Part shown: piece by piece, positions 28,179-38,573 of the stretch
Position numbering within the stretch: position 1 is the stretch's first letter
Layout: each line of letters starts with the position of its first letter
DNA from: Phycisphaeraceae bacterium
Lineage (GTDB): Bacteria; Planctomycetota; Phycisphaerae; Phycisphaerales; Phycisphaeraceae
Direction of reading: 5' to 3'
DNA: 64,000 bases
Assembly (NCBI GenBank): GCA_963674705.1
Contig: OY771506.1
Coordinates: forward strand, 704,001 to 768,000
Made by a program: the position numbers and the translations under genes
Notes under the pieces: model-generated
Told to the model about the DNA's origin: nothing
Database searches by the model: none
Seen by the model: the letters and a program-made list of their open reading frames with translations, nothing else

Positions 28179-30397
28179 AGCAGCCCCCCTGCTCTTCGGA
28201 GGATCCACTCGACGCCCGCCCATGAAAGGATCAATGACATGATCCAGCCGTGGTTCCATGCGTAGACGGGTTTAGGCGGCGTTTGCATCGCTTGCTGCTG
28301 TTTATCGAGCAGTTTGAAAAACTCATCGGGATCGTCTGCATTCAGGCATCGGCCGCCGCTGGTTTCGGAGAGGGTGCGCAGTGCGCTGCGGTTGGCGCTG
28401 GTGTGCATGCGTTCGATGTCGATGTGGTAGCAGTTGAACTGGGCGCGCATGCTCTGGCCGGGCGCATCGGGCGCGTGAGCGGTGACGGTGTAGACGCCGG
28501 GCATATCGGGGTGCAGCTCAGCGCGTCGGCGTGTGGTGACGCCGGGGACGGGGGCGAGTTCAACCGTAGAGCGCGAACCATCGGGCGCTTCGACGACGAC
28601 GAGCGGATCGATCGAATCGAAGCCGCTTCGGCTGATCAGATCGAGTTGGATCGGATCGCCGATCTGTACGCCGAGGCGAGACAGGCGCAGGCTGATAGGG
28701 ACGCCGGGCTTGAAGTCGCTGCCGAGCGCGAGCCAGCGGACGCTATCCATCCAGAAGCGGTCGAATGTGTCGTTGGTCTGGTCGCTTCTTCGTGGTCGCA
28801 GCGCCCAGCGCCAGAGGCCTTCACCCAAGATGGACACGACCATGCCGCGGCCATAGGGCATGGTGACGATAGCGGGTTGGCCTTGGGTTTGATTGTGTGC
28901 AATACCTTTGGGACGTGTGCGTGCGAGCACGCGCGCGGCGGCTTTTTCACGGATGACGACGGGGATGTTGATGAGTGTGGGCGAATCGATTGATTGGTCA
29001 TGACTGGGCGGCGGCTGCAACATGCCGATCGGTTCGAGGTCGAGTTGCTGGTTGTGCAGCGAGCCTTGGCCGAAGATGACGGGTTCGACGCTCGATAGCA
29101 CAGACGCTGTTTGCTGGTCTTCATCAAGCTCGGGGTCGTATGCTCTGCCGCGTGCGAAGACGAGTCGGCCGCCGTGCTGGGAAACGTAATCGGGCAATAG
29201 CGCGATGGTATCTTCGCTAAGCACGTTCGCGATGCTTTGGCCGAGGATGATGATGTCGTATCGGCCCAGGTCTTCGAGTGTCTGGGGCAACTCGGCGGAT
29301 GTGCCATAAAGCGAGACGATGGCTTCGCGTTTGTCGGGGGTGATCTGCGTGATCTGCGTCAGTTCGATGCGTGCATCTTTGCGCAGCGCGTGGGCGAGGA
29401 ACTTGGTGTCCCAGTAGGGTTGGCCTTCCAGTAACAGGACGCGCAAACGTTTGGCTGTGACTTCGACGAAGACGGGCTGCGTGTTGTTGTTGTCGTCGAC
29501 TTCGCCGGGGATGGGGTCGGCCCAGACGCGGTAATCGTACGTGCCCGGTTCGTTGTGCACGATCGGGACGTCGATGGCGGCGGTGTCTTTGCCGTTGAAC
29601 GTAATGGGCAGCGTCTGGAGGTTATCGCCCTGCTGCACGTGCACGAACATATTTTCCTGGCCGATGTTGGATCGCATGACGCTGACGGTGATCGAGCCGG
29701 GCTCTTCAGCGAAGAGGTATGGCTGTCGCGGCACGGCAACGACGGCGAGGTCGCGCGCCATGCCCGGGCCACCGAGCGGGACGGTATAGATCGGGCAAGC
29801 GCGTGAGCGTGCGAGTTGGCCGACCGGGTGCATGGGCGCGTTGAGCGTGTCCCGACCGTCGGAGAAGATGAGCATAACCGAGCCGGGCGGGACGGTTTCG
29901 ATCAGGCTGTCTGAGACAGATTGGGCGATGTTGGATACATCAGCGGTTGAAACGGTTTCGCCCGGCTGTTGCAACACATCATCGGTGATCGAGCGCAGCG
30001 ACCTGTCGAATGTGAAGAGCTGCACGTCGTAGTCCTCGCGGAGTTGCTCAAGCCAATCGGGGGTCAGCCAGTGCGTGCGAGCGAAGTCGTAGCGCGGCTG
30101 CTGCTCGACATCGGCGGTCTGCATCGAGGCGGAGCTATCCAGCAGGATGCGCAGCACAGGCCGGTTCATATACGCGCTGCCGGCCTGCATGATGCTCGGG
30201 CCCATGAGCAGGGTTGTGACGGCCGCGATCAGGATGATGCGCATGGTGAGTGTGAATGCGCCGAGCGTCGGTTTTTGCAGTGTGGAGCGTGAGTATGACC
30301 AGACGGATAAACCGATCAGCACGGCTGTGGCGGCGAGCGTGAGGGTCGGCGGGAAGTACGGCCGCCAGAACATGGCTAGTGGCAACGTGCAGATCAT
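28175..30397 (-). CDS. Membrane protein with VWA and glutamine-amidotransferase-like domains
   Basis: LLDSSASM, FSDGRD, RVLLLEGQP, LWRW, EWILRR.GLL. Confidence 0.85.
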   Translation of the reverse strand: MICTLPLAMFWRPYFPPTLTLAATAVLIGLSVWSYSRSTLQKPTLGAFTLTMRIILIAAVTTLLMGPSIMQAGSAYMNRPVLRILLDSSASMQTADVEQQPRYDFARTHWLTPDWLEQLREDYDVQLFTFDRSLRSITDDVLQQPGETVSTADVSNIAQSVSDSLIETVPPGSVMLIFSDGRDTLNAPMHPVGQLARSRACPIYTVPLGGPGMARDLAVVAVPRQPYLFAEEPGSITVSVMRSNIGQENMFVHVQQGDNLQTLPITFNGKDTAAIDVPIVHNEPGTYDYRVWADPIPGEVDDNNNTQPVFVEVTAKRLRVLLLEGQPYWDTKFLAHALRKDARIELTQITQITPDKREAIVSLYGTSAELPQTLEDLGRYDIIILGQSIANVLSEDTIALLPDYVSQHGGRLVFARGRAYDPELDEDQQTASVLSSVEPVIFGQGSLHNQQLDLEPIGMLQPPPSHDQSIDSPTLINIPVVIREKAAARVLARTRPKGIAHNQTQGQPAIVTMPYGRGMVVSILGEGLWRWALRPRRSDQTNDTFDRFWMDSVRWLALGSDFKPGVPISLRLSRLGVQIGDPIQLDLISRSGFDSIDPLVVVEAPDGSRSTVELAPVPGVTTRRRAELHPDMPGVYTVTAHAPDAPGQSMRAQFNCYHIDIERMHTSANRSALRTLSETSGGRCLNADDPDEFFKLLDKQQQAMQTPPKPVYAWNHGWIMSLILSWAGVEWILRRAGGLL

Positions 30398-32532
30398 CGT
30401 CTCCAGTGTCCGAGTAAAAACATCTCCGCTGCCAGCAACACACACGCCACCAGCAACGGCCAACCCCACAGTCCCTTGTGTTCGTCCGCTTGTGCCTGTG
30501 ATGCCTGAGCGGTCGTGCTGACCTGTGCGACACGGTCGGTCAGGACGGCTGTGATCTCGTCTGCATTGATCAGCTGCAGGTCGCCTTCGCGCGGATCGAT
30601 ATTGACCGCCACTGTGCCGAGCAAGGTATCGCCCTGGCGTGCGGTGTAGAAGCCGGGCGAATCAGGTGAGGTGATGATGATGTCGGAGGTTGGTTCGCCG
30701 AGGACGAGCGAGGCATCAGTTGGCGTTCGGCCGTCAGGCAGGTAGGCGGTTGGCGCGGAGGCGCTTCGGTCGATAGGGACATCGGTCGAGAGTGTGGCGG
30801 ATCGGCCGACGTGGTTTTCGATCGGTCTTGCGTTTGTGTTTTGCAGGTAGTCGGCGGTGCATTGCATGAGCGCGACAAAGAGGCTGTGTTTGCCGAGGTC
30901 GCTTTGCTTAGCGTCGGGGCTGAAGTTGGCGATCATGATCCGACCTGCGCCGCTATTGCGCGAAAGCAGCGCGGGGGTATCGTCTTGGTAGCGCAAGAGG
31001 ATGCTTGCATTCGGATCGGCGTGCCCCCCTACCCATGCGTGATTGATTTGCATCTGTTGAAAAGCATGCTGGGCGGTTTCGCTGAATCCTGAGAGCAAAG
31101 GCGAACGCCAGTCGCCGTGCGTGATGGTAAGCGGCTTCTGCGCAGGCTCGATAATGCGCAGCGCTTCAGGTTGCCAGAGCGGATCGACATCCGGCTTGAG
31201 CGATTCGAGCGCGGAGAGGTTGGCGACAGCGTTGATATCGGTCGCGAAGAATATCACGCCCCCACCGCTTTCGATGTATTGATGCAGAGCGCTTAGTTGG
31301 GTATCCGAGAATATTTGCGTTTGGCCGATGAAGACAGCGGCGGCGGAGTTGATGTCGGGCGAGAATGGTTCGGAGCTGTGCTTGTGGTTGACGATGAAGC
31401 GGTCGAGGTTGCTGCCGTGCGGAGCGAGCGCGCGGGAGATGAAGTAGCTTGCGCCCCCCCCGGAAGCGCCGGAAGTATCAGCATTATCGTCGCTGATAAG
31501 CAAGATGGGGGTTTGCTCGACGCCGTAGAGTACCTGGTAGCAGGTGTTGTCGATCGCAAGCGCATCGGTGGACAGCTTGAACTCTGCGCGGTGTTCGCCC
31601 GGCCGATTGAGTGTAGCGGTGAAGACGACCTCACGGCTTTGTCGCGGCTCGATCGTGATCGGTCTGGGCTGCAGTGCTTGCTCACCGATGGATGCATGAA
31701 CCGTAACGGATTGCATCTGCTCGCTGTGGTTCGCGACGGTGACATGCAGGTTGAACGGCTGGCCGACGCGCGGGTTTGTCGGCTGCGAAACCGGCGAATG
31801 GATGGAGAGGTTTGTCGGGGAGCGAGCGGGCGGCGTGTAGATGGCGACGTTCACATCGTCGGGCAGTGTCATGTGTTGATCGAGTTGTGTAAGCGTGTCG
31901 GTCCAGTTGGTTTGCTGGAGGTCGGAGAGGATGAACAGGCGTGTCTGGCCGTCGTGTTCGGCGAGCATGCGACCGGCCAGCGAAAGCGCGGCGTTGAGAT
32001 CGGCGCGCTCGGCGGTGGGCTTAAGCGTCTTCAGGTCGGATTGCAGCGCCTGGAAGTTGTCGGCCATCACGGGCAGTGCGGAGCGCGGCCTGGCGGCGGC
32101 GAAGATGATGTTGGCGACGTCTTTGCCGGGCTTGAGTGAATCGAGGATGCGATCGGCTTCTGCTTGCAGAGATTGACTTACCGGGATGCCATGGATGAGT
32201 TGGCCCGTCGAGGCGCTGGTGTCGATGACGATAAGTGTTGCGCGCTTGGCGTCGGGAGATTGGCCGGCGTGCGCCCATTGCCAGACGGGCTGCATGAACG
32301 CGAGCACGATCGCGAAGACCGCAAGGCAGCGTAAAAGCAGCAGCCACCAGCGGCGCATCTTGAACATGGAGGACTGGCTTGCCGTGGCGGCGACGAGCAG
32401 GACGATGCTTGGGAAGGTGACACGCCGGCGGGCTTTGCGGTTGAGCAGGTGCGCCACGATCGGCAGCACGACCAGGCCCGCGCCAAGTACCAGGCTTGGT
32501 GCAAGGAGCGAGATGGCGGCGAGCGTGGTCAT
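30394..32532 (-). CDS. BatA-domain VWA protein
   Basis: LPIVAHLLNR..RR.TFPS, LLLLRCLA, IDTSAS, LSDLQ, AVN.DPRE.DL. Confidence 0.88.
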   Translation of the reverse strand: MTTLAAISLLAPSLVLGAGLVVLPIVAHLLNRKARRRVTFPSIVLLVAATASQSSMFKMRRWWLLLLRCLAVFAIVLAFMQPVWQWAHAGQSPDAKRATLIVIDTSASTGQLIHGIPVSQSLQAEADRILDSLKPGKDVANIIFAAARPRSALPVMADNFQALQSDLKTLKPTAERADLNAALSLAGRMLAEHDGQTRLFILSDLQQTNWTDTLTQLDQHMTLPDDVNVAIYTPPARSPTNLSIHSPVSQPTNPRVGQPFNLHVTVANHSEQMQSVTVHASIGEQALQPRPITIEPRQSREVVFTATLNRPGEHRAEFKLSTDALAIDNTCYQVLYGVEQTPILLISDDNADTSGASGGGASYFISRALAPHGSNLDRFIVNHKHSSEPFSPDINSAAAVFIGQTQIFSDTQLSALHQYIESGGGVIFFATDINAVANLSALESLKPDVDPLWQPEALRIIEPAQKPLTITHGDWRSPLLSGFSETAQHAFQQMQINHAWVGGHADPNASILLRYQDDTPALLSRNSGAGRIMIANFSPDAKQSDLGKHSLFVALMQCTADYLQNTNARPIENHVGRSATLSTDVPIDRSASAPTAYLPDGRTPTDASLVLGEPTSDIIITSPDSPGFYTARQGDTLLGTVAVNIDPREGDLQLINADEITAVLTDRVAQVSTTAQASQAQADEHKGLWGWPLLVACVLLAAEMFLLGHWRR

Positions 32533-32553
32533 GGTTTAACTCAAGATCGCAGG

Positions 32554-33585
32554 TTAAACACGCGCAGCGCGTGTGAACAGGTAATCACGCAAGGCATCGT
32601 GGTAATGCGTCGCGGTCGAAACGCGGTGGTAATCGATGCCGCGCGCGGTCAGGTCGTCGTGCCAGTTGTCGCATAATTCTTTGATGCGTGATTCGTAAGA
32701 TAGTCGGATGTCCGGGACGTTAAGGCGGACGCGTCTTTCGGTTTCGCTGTCGATAAAGATCGCTTCCTGCATGTCGGGCAGTTGCCATTCATCCTCGTGC
32801 AGGATGTGGAAGACGATGGCTTCACCTCCGCGCGAGGTGAATGCGGATAATGCTTTTAAGATCGGATCGCGTCTTTCCAACAGGTCGGAGAAGACGATCA
32901 GCAGGCTGCGGCGCGGCAGGCGTTGCGTGAAGTATTTGGCGGAATCGGCGAGGTTGGCGTTGTCGTTTACGCGCACGCGGTGCATGGCTCGCAGCATGTT
33001 GTTGAGCTGTTCGAAACCGCCGCGCGCATCGTGTTCGCGGTGCAGGCCCCTGCGTGCAAATGCGAAGGCGATGTGGTCCTGCTGGCGGATCGTCAGAAAT
33101 CCGATGGCCGCAGCGATCAGGCATGCCTGGTCGTACTTACTGGGGTGTTCGATGATGTGGCTGGTTTTTCGCGTGTCGACTTTCGTGCCCAGCGCTTTGA
33201 GTTTACCCATCCAGGATTGAGCGGGTTTGACGGGTCGTTTGGGGTCGAGGCCGTCGTATGCCATGGAAGCCGAGGCGTCGATGAGCAGGCCGACGGTCAT
33301 GTCGGTCTGGTGTTCGAAGAGTTTGATGAAGAGTCGATCGCTTCTGCCGAAGACTTTCCAGTCGATGTCGCCGACCTCGTCGCCGGGCGCGTATTCGCGG
33401 TAGTCGTTGAACTCGACACAGTGGCCGCGCTGCCGGGAAGTGTGACGGCCGGCGTATCGGCCGCGGATGGGGTGGCGCGGTGCGAAGATGTAGTTGCGCA
33501 GCACCGCCAGGTCCTGCACCTGAAGATACGGGCTGATGTGCGAGGGCTCGGCCGGGCTGTCGGGTTGGACTGTCTGGTCGGGCAT
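32554..33585 (-). CDS. DUF58 domain protein
   Basis: G.H.S...G..VEFNDYREYAPGD, IDWKV, DASASM, FSDLL. Confidence 0.92.
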   Translation of the reverse strand: MPDQTVQPDSPAEPSHISPYLQVQDLAVLRNYIFAPRHPIRGRYAGRHTSRQRGHCVEFNDYREYAPGDEVGDIDWKVFGRSDRLFIKLFEHQTDMTVGLLIDASASMAYDGLDPKRPVKPAQSWMGKLKALGTKVDTRKTSHIIEHPSKYDQACLIAAAIGFLTIRQQDHIAFAFARRGLHREHDARGGFEQLNNMLRAMHRVRVNDNANLADSAKYFTQRLPRRSLLIVFSDLLERRDPILKALSAFTSRGGEAIVFHILHEDEWQLPDMQEAIFIDSETERRVRLNVPDIRLSYESRIKELCDNWHDDLTARGIDYHRVSTATHYHDALRDYLFTRAARV

Positions 33586-33637
33586 GGGGATCAATTAAGA
33601 ACGAAGTTTGGAAAATTGTAAGAGACAAGAAAAACGG

Positions 33638-33697
33638 CCCTCACCCCGGCCCTCTCCCGGGGGGAGAGGGAGGAAGACGCTAAGCCGCGAGCGGCTT
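33638..33697. repeat. CCCTCACCCC-type palindromic REP-like element plus a second palindrome
   Basis: ccctcaccccggccctctccc-ggg-gggagaggg; taagccgcgagcggctta. Confidence 0.7.
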
Positions 33698-34721
33698 ATG
33701 TTGGGGCGGGTTCCTGGTGGGTTACTTCATCGATGATCCGCTGGATGATCTTGTCGGTGGATAGTCCTTCGCCTGCGGCCTGGTAGTTAGGAAGCACGCG
33801 GTGGCGCAGGACCAGCGGCGCGGCCTGGCGGATGTGGCCTTGCGTGACGGTGGGCGAACCGTCGAGCACGGCGAAGGCTTTGCCGGCTAACACCATGTGC
33901 TGACCTGCGCGCGGGCCGGCCCCCCACTGCACGAAGCGCGACGCCCAGTCGCTGCTCGATTCTCTACCCGGGCGCGTCGCGCGCGCCAGCGCCACGGCAT
34001 AACTGACCACGTGCTTACTCACCGGAACACGGCGGACCAGTTGTTGGTACTGCATCATCTGCTGTTTAGTGAATACGGTTTTAAGTTCGATGGGACGCGG
34101 CGCGGTCGTCTCCATAACGATCTGCTCTTCATCATCGACATCCGGGTAATCCATCCACAGGCTGAACATGAAGCGGTCGAGTTGCGCTTCGGGCAGCGGG
34201 TACGTGCCTTCCTGTTCGATGGGGTTCTGCGTGGCGACGACGATGAACGGGCGCTGAAGCTCGTGGCGCTTGCCCATGCTGGTGACTTGCAGTTCCTGCA
34301 TGGCTTCGAGCAGCGCGGATTGTGTCTTGGGCGGCGTGCGGTTGATTTCGTCGGCGAGGATGATGTTGGCGAAGACCGGGCCGGGCACGAAGCGCATGGC
34401 CCGGTTGCCTGATTCATCGTCTTGCAACAGTTCCATGCCGATGATGTCGGCGGGCATCATGTCGGGGGTGAACTGGATTCGGCGGAATTCCCAGCCGAGG
34501 ACTTGTGCGAGTGTTTTGACGAGAAGTGTTTTTGCCAGACCGGGCACGCCGACGAGCAGCGCGTGTCCTTCGCAGAAGGTGGCGGCAAGTAAGGCACGGA
34601 CGGTGTCGTTCTGTCCGATGATGACCTTTGCGACCTGCTCTTCCAAACGTCGGAAACCGTTCGACGCTTCGGAGAGCAGCGCGACATCATCCACGGCTAA
34701 TTCCTTGACCTGATCACTCAC
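33696..34721 (-). CDS. moxR: MoxR-family AAA+ ATPase
   Basis: GVPGLAKT, RIQFTPD, LADEINRTPPKTQSALLEAM, QNPIEQEGTYPLPEAQLDRF. Confidence 0.95.
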   Translation of the reverse strand: MSDQVKELAVDDVALLSEASNGFRRLEEQVAKVIIGQNDTVRALLAATFCEGHALLVGVPGLAKTLLVKTLAQVLGWEFRRIQFTPDMMPADIIGMELLQDDESGNRAMRFVPGPVFANIILADEINRTPPKTQSALLEAMQELQVTSMGKRHELQRPFIVVATQNPIEQEGTYPLPEAQLDRFMFSLWMDYPDVDDEEQIVMETTAPRPIELKTVFTKQQMMQYQQLVRRVPVSKHVVSYAVALARATRPGRESSSDWASRFVQWGAGPRAGQHMVLAGKAFAVLDGSPTVTQGHIRQAAPLVLRHRVLPNYQAAGEGLSTDKIIQRIIDEVTHQEPAPT

Positions 34722-34957
34722 GGCAGGCTCCTACCTGATGCTCTGATGCGTTGGGTTTTCCTATTTTAATAGGAATGTCCCGGTTCTATGTTGTCGGCCA
34801 CGAAGGATCCCCCCGGAACGGACCCGACGAAACCATTCCCCCTGGATCATGCCCTTTGGACCTCAATTATCCAAAGCGGCAAACAAATGCGTGCGGCTGA
34901 TACCGAATGTATCAGGACACGTGTCCCGGGTGTTGGATTGTGTGACGATTATTCCCA

Positions 34958-36139
34958 TCATTGCGACTGTTGGCTGGATGCCCGGTCCAGCAAGGCTTGC
35001 AGAGCCCCCACATTATCGAGCCGGCCTACAACTGCCGGGGCGCCGGGCACAAAAAGTACGGGCACATAGTCCGCGCCGCTTTCCCCATAAGATAGGACGT
35101 TGCGGCTTATCCGATCTTGCATACGCGGATCGTTATAAGCTTGTTCAAAAGTTTTTTCTCCAAGCCGTCGGATTGCCTCGGCGCGGGCGTTTTTAGCGGT
35201 GCGGGGCTGCACGGGCTCGTACATCCACCGATCAAAATCCGGGTAAGCCCCGGGGTCTGCCAGGAAAAAGGCGACCGCGATCCGGGTCAATTCGCAGCTT
35301 TCCTTGAATCGCTCGTCAATATCGTCCGAGACATGAGGATTGCAGCCGTGATTCAGAGGCATGGGCAGGAGGACGACGGTAAGCCGGCCCGGGTGCTGCT
35401 CTTGATATTCCTCGACGACGCTGTGCGTGTGTCGGCAGTGCAGGCAGGCGTAATCGAGCATCATGACCATGACCTGCTTGCCGTCCGGCGGACCGAGCAG
35501 CGGTTCTTCGCTGAGGTTGAGTGTGAGTTTGCCGTCGAGGACGGTGACGGTGCGGCCAGTGGCGGTTTGTTGATCGCTGCTGTGGGTGTCGAGTGTGATG
35601 AGCATCGAACTTGTGCCCATCTGCACGAGCATCATGGCGAGGACGAGAACGAGACCGAGCACGATCGCGGGGATGCTGCGCAAACGGATGCGCCAGAACA
35701 AAAGAGGCGCGAGTATCAAACCGATCGTGTGATCGGCCATGCAATAGGGGCAGATCGCTCGAAGCGGGATGAGTTGCAGGTAGATAAACCAGATAGCGGA
35801 ACCCGCGATGACGGTGGCGAGCAGTGAGAGCACGAATCTTGCAATGTAATTTGTCTTTTCATTCGCAGAGCGTGAGAAGAACAAGGCGATGATGATGCCG
35901 ATGTAGACGCCCATCGCGAGCAGGCTGACGGGGATGCCCAGACAGTGCGAGAACTTGCTTGATAGGACTTCTGCACATCCGGAACCCGAACCACAACCTG
36001 CGGGGCTCATGCCTTTACTCATCGAGGTGTAGGACAGGTAGGCACTGATGAGTAGCGCGGTAGCCGCCAGACAAATCATGAGGATGAACTCAAAACGAGC
36101 CGGGCCCGGTTTCCGGTAGTCGTCGAAAGGATCATTCAT
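34958..36139 (-). CDS. VKOR-family disulfide oxidoreductase fused to a DsbA/thioredoxin domain
   Basis: CGSGSGCAEVLSS, ICPYC in the TM region, DYACLHC. Confidence 0.88.
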   Translation of the reverse strand: MNDPFDDYRKPGPARFEFILMICLAATALLISAYLSYTSMSKGMSPAGCGSGSGCAEVLSSKFSHCLGIPVSLLAMGVYIGIIIALFFSRSANEKTNYIARFVLSLLATVIAGSAIWFIYLQLIPLRAICPYCMADHTIGLILAPLLFWRIRLRSIPAIVLGLVLVLAMMLVQMGTSSMLITLDTHSSDQQTATGRTVTVLDGKLTLNLSEEPLLGPPDGKQVMVMMLDYACLHCRHTHSVVEEYQEQHPGRLTVVLLPMPLNHGCNPHVSDDIDERFKESCELTRIAVAFFLADPGAYPDFDRWMYEPVQPRTAKNARAEAIRRLGEKTFEQAYNDPRMQDRISRNVLSYGESGADYVPVLFVPGAPAVVGRLDNVGALQALLDRASSQQSQ

Positions 36140-36160
36140 GTGCCCGGATTGTACGGCAGG

Positions 36161-37261
36161 TTATCGATTGTTGTTCAGCTCGTTGATTTTTTCAGCCAGC
36201 ATGTGTGTGAACACCTCGCGGCCGGCGGGATTCAGGTGCGCGTAATCGGAAAAAGCGTCGTCGGGCATGGCGTCGCGCAGGTCGATGACGAGGATGTTGC
36301 GTCCGACGCTGACTTCATCGATCAACTCGCGGAAGACATCGTTGGATTCGGGCGGCAACCAGCCGCGCAAGCTGGATGACACGGGCAGATTCACAATGAT
36401 GATCTGCTTGGGCCCGAGCGCATCAAGGTCGGCGATGAGGTCGCGGAAGGCGTCGGCGTGGCGTCCGGTGGTTGAATAGCTTTCGGCCTGGAACCAGCCG
36501 AAGCGGGACCAGCCGTTGAACTGGCGTTTGAGGTATTTTTCGGGCCGACGGTCGGGGACGTCCCTGCGTCCCAGCGGGCGCCAGGGGCGGTCTGACGGTT
36601 GGAACAAACCGACCGCGCCGCTGTCGAGTCGTTCATGCAGGGCGAGGCGTGCTTCGAAAAACGCGATGTTGGTGTGGTGGCTGATGTTGCGGCGCTGGTT
36701 GCGGACCCAGTTGTGATCCTTAAGCCAACGGTCCGGCCGCCAACTGTACTCGGAAGGTTCATTCTTTTTCGCTCGATCATCTACCGAGGCTTCCGTTTCG
36801 TCTTCTTCGAGGTCGGCTGCGCCCTGGCCGACAAGCATGGTGGCGTGCAGGCCGAGGATGATGGTGTCGGGTTGGACCTTGCTGGCGGTAAGCGTCTGGG
36901 CGTAGAGCCGGAGCTTGACGAAGCTGCTGCCGAAGCCGTTGATGAGAAGCCAGGGATGACGCGGGACAACTTCTTTTTTCAGCAGCGTCGGGTCGATGCC
37001 TCGGAGGGTGGTGGATTGCCCGAGGACGACGCCGAACGCTTCGGGGCCTTCGTTATGATGATTGCGGGTTTGCAGTTCGACGCCGGCGACGTTTTCGCCG
37101 ATGGTTTGCAACTGGACCCAGGCGATTTTCTTTTCCGGGTCGTTGAACATGGCCGGGTCGCTGCCGAACATGACGTTCAGCAGGATGTTGCAAAAGACGA
37201 ACGCGCACAGCATCCCCCCACTGACGATGAGCAGGCCGTGATATCGTTTGAAGTCAATCAT
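36161..37261 (-). CDS. DltD-like membrane-anchored SGNH-fold protein
   Basis: One N-terminal TM; VVLGQST (block I-like); FSDYAHLNPAG (DxxH); lies downstream of the MBOAT. Confidence 0.7.
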   Translation of the reverse strand: MIDFKRYHGLLIVSGGMLCAFVFCNILLNVMFGSDPAMFNDPEKKIAWVQLQTIGENVAGVELQTRNHHNEGPEAFGVVLGQSTTLRGIDPTLLKKEVVPRHPWLLINGFGSSFVKLRLYAQTLTASKVQPDTIILGLHATMLVGQGAADLEEDETEASVDDRAKKNEPSEYSWRPDRWLKDHNWVRNQRRNISHHTNIAFFEARLALHERLDSGAVGLFQPSDRPWRPLGRRDVPDRRPEKYLKRQFNGWSRFGWFQAESYSTTGRHADAFRDLIADLDALGPKQIIIVNLPVSSSLRGWLPPESNDVFRELIDEVSVGRNILVIDLRDAMPDDAFSDYAHLNPAGREVFTHMLAEKINELNNNR

Positions 37262-37272
37262 GACCGCGTCGG

Positions 37273-37404
37273 CTAAAAACCCTGATAGAAGAACGTTTCA
37301 CCCGTGCGCGAGAGCCAGTACGCGGCGACGATCATGAGGACGATCTTGATCAGCCGGTATGTCCACTGCCACCAGGTAAGTTTGATGGCTGGGTCATCAC
37401 TCAT
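37273..37404 (-). CDS. DltX-like small membrane protein, 43 aa (absent from the ORF track)
   Basis: MSDDPAIKLTWWQWTYRLIKIVLMIVAAYWLSRTGETFFYQGF*; one TM; C-terminal FFYQGF; TGATG overlap with the MBOAT stop. Confidence 0.85.
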   Translation of the reverse strand: MSDDPAIKLTWWQWTYRLIKIVLMIVAAYWLSRTGETFFYQGF

Positions 37405-38573
37405 CAGAACAACTCCTTCCAGGGGTAGCCGATGATCAGCAAGGAGAACGCGACGTATTCAAAGGTCAGGAACTGAGCGACCAGGCGGTACGTCCACTTC
37501 TGTCGGTAGGCTTTGACGCCCTTGCTGCCCAGTTTTTTTGTCAGCCAGTAGCGGTAGGTATTGGTGATGACCAGGCCCACGGCGTGCATCGCGCCCCAGA
37601 AGAAGAAGGGCCAACTGACGTTGTGCCAGAGCCCGCAGAGCAGAAACGCGACGGTGAAGGCGAAGGTCGCGATGAGCAGCGGGTGTTTGCCGCCGGTCTT
37701 GCGTGCCATGTTCAGTTGCATGGGGATGAACATGTTGCGCCTGATCCACAGGGACAGCGAGATGTGCCAGCGGTCCCAGAAGTCGATCATATTGCGGGCG
37801 ATGTAGGGTTTGTCGAAGTTTTCGGGAGTGTGGATGCCCATGAGTTTGCCGATGCCGACGGCGATGTCGCTGTAGGCGGAGAAGTCGAGGAAGAGCCAGA
37901 TGTAATGCATCTGCACTTCGAAGAGCATGTAAGGACCGGTCACGTAGAAGTCGGTCAGGAATACATGCTGGATCGTGAAGGCGACAACGAACTTCTTGAA
38001 TAGTCCCAATGCGATGCGTTCGATACCTTCCAGCGCCTGGACCGGCGTAAGCGGATCGGGCACGGACGGTTGATCGTAAAAGTCTTCGTAAGACTGGATC
38101 GGCCCGGCGGCGAGCATGTGGAACGGGAGGATGTAGTTGATCGTTGCCACGGGGTTCGGTGAAGGTCGGCCGCCCTGGTAGACGACGCGCCCGACATCGA
38201 AGATACGCAGCATCGCGTACGAATAACCGACCGCCGCCAGGATCGGATTGACCCCGCCCACGCCCAATGCTATCGAGACGTCCGGTCGCTTGTTGAACAC
38301 GAACAACACCAAGGCGATCAGCAAGCCGACGAACATCAACACCAGCCGCCAGGGCTTCGGCTGTGCGAGGATGCGCAAGCCTGACCAGATACATAACACA
38401 CCCGCCAGCACCCACAACACCTGCACGTGCAGTATGAGTGAGATGAACATGATGTTGACCGCGGCGAACACATACTGACGTGCGGTCGCCTTTGTCAGCG
38501 GCGTTAACAGCACGACCGCCAGCAGCATGGTCATCCAGAATTCTTTGGTCGCCAGGTCGATCGTTGGAATCAT
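37404..38573 (-). CDS. MBOAT-family O-acyltransferase (DltB/AlgI-like)
   Basis: AGPI, GLFKK, DFSAYSDIA, PENFDKPY, FWDRWHISLS, GLWH. Confidence 0.92.
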   Translation of the reverse strand: MIPTIDLATKEFWMTMLLAVVLLTPLTKATARQYVFAAVNIMFISLILHVQVLWVLAGVLCIWSGLRILAQPKPWRLVLMFVGLLIALVLFVFNKRPDVSIALGVGGVNPILAAVGYSYAMLRIFDVGRVVYQGGRPSPNPVATINYILPFHMLAAGPIQSYEDFYDQPSVPDPLTPVQALEGIERIALGLFKKFVVAFTIQHVFLTDFYVTGPYMLFEVQMHYIWLFLDFSAYSDIAVGIGKLMGIHTPENFDKPYIARNMIDFWDRWHISLSLWIRRNMFIPMQLNMARKTGGKHPLLIATFAFTVAFLLCGLWHNVSWPFFFWGAMHAVGLVITNTYRYWLTKKLGSKGVKAYRQKWTYRLVAQFLTFEYVAFSLLIIGYPWKELF

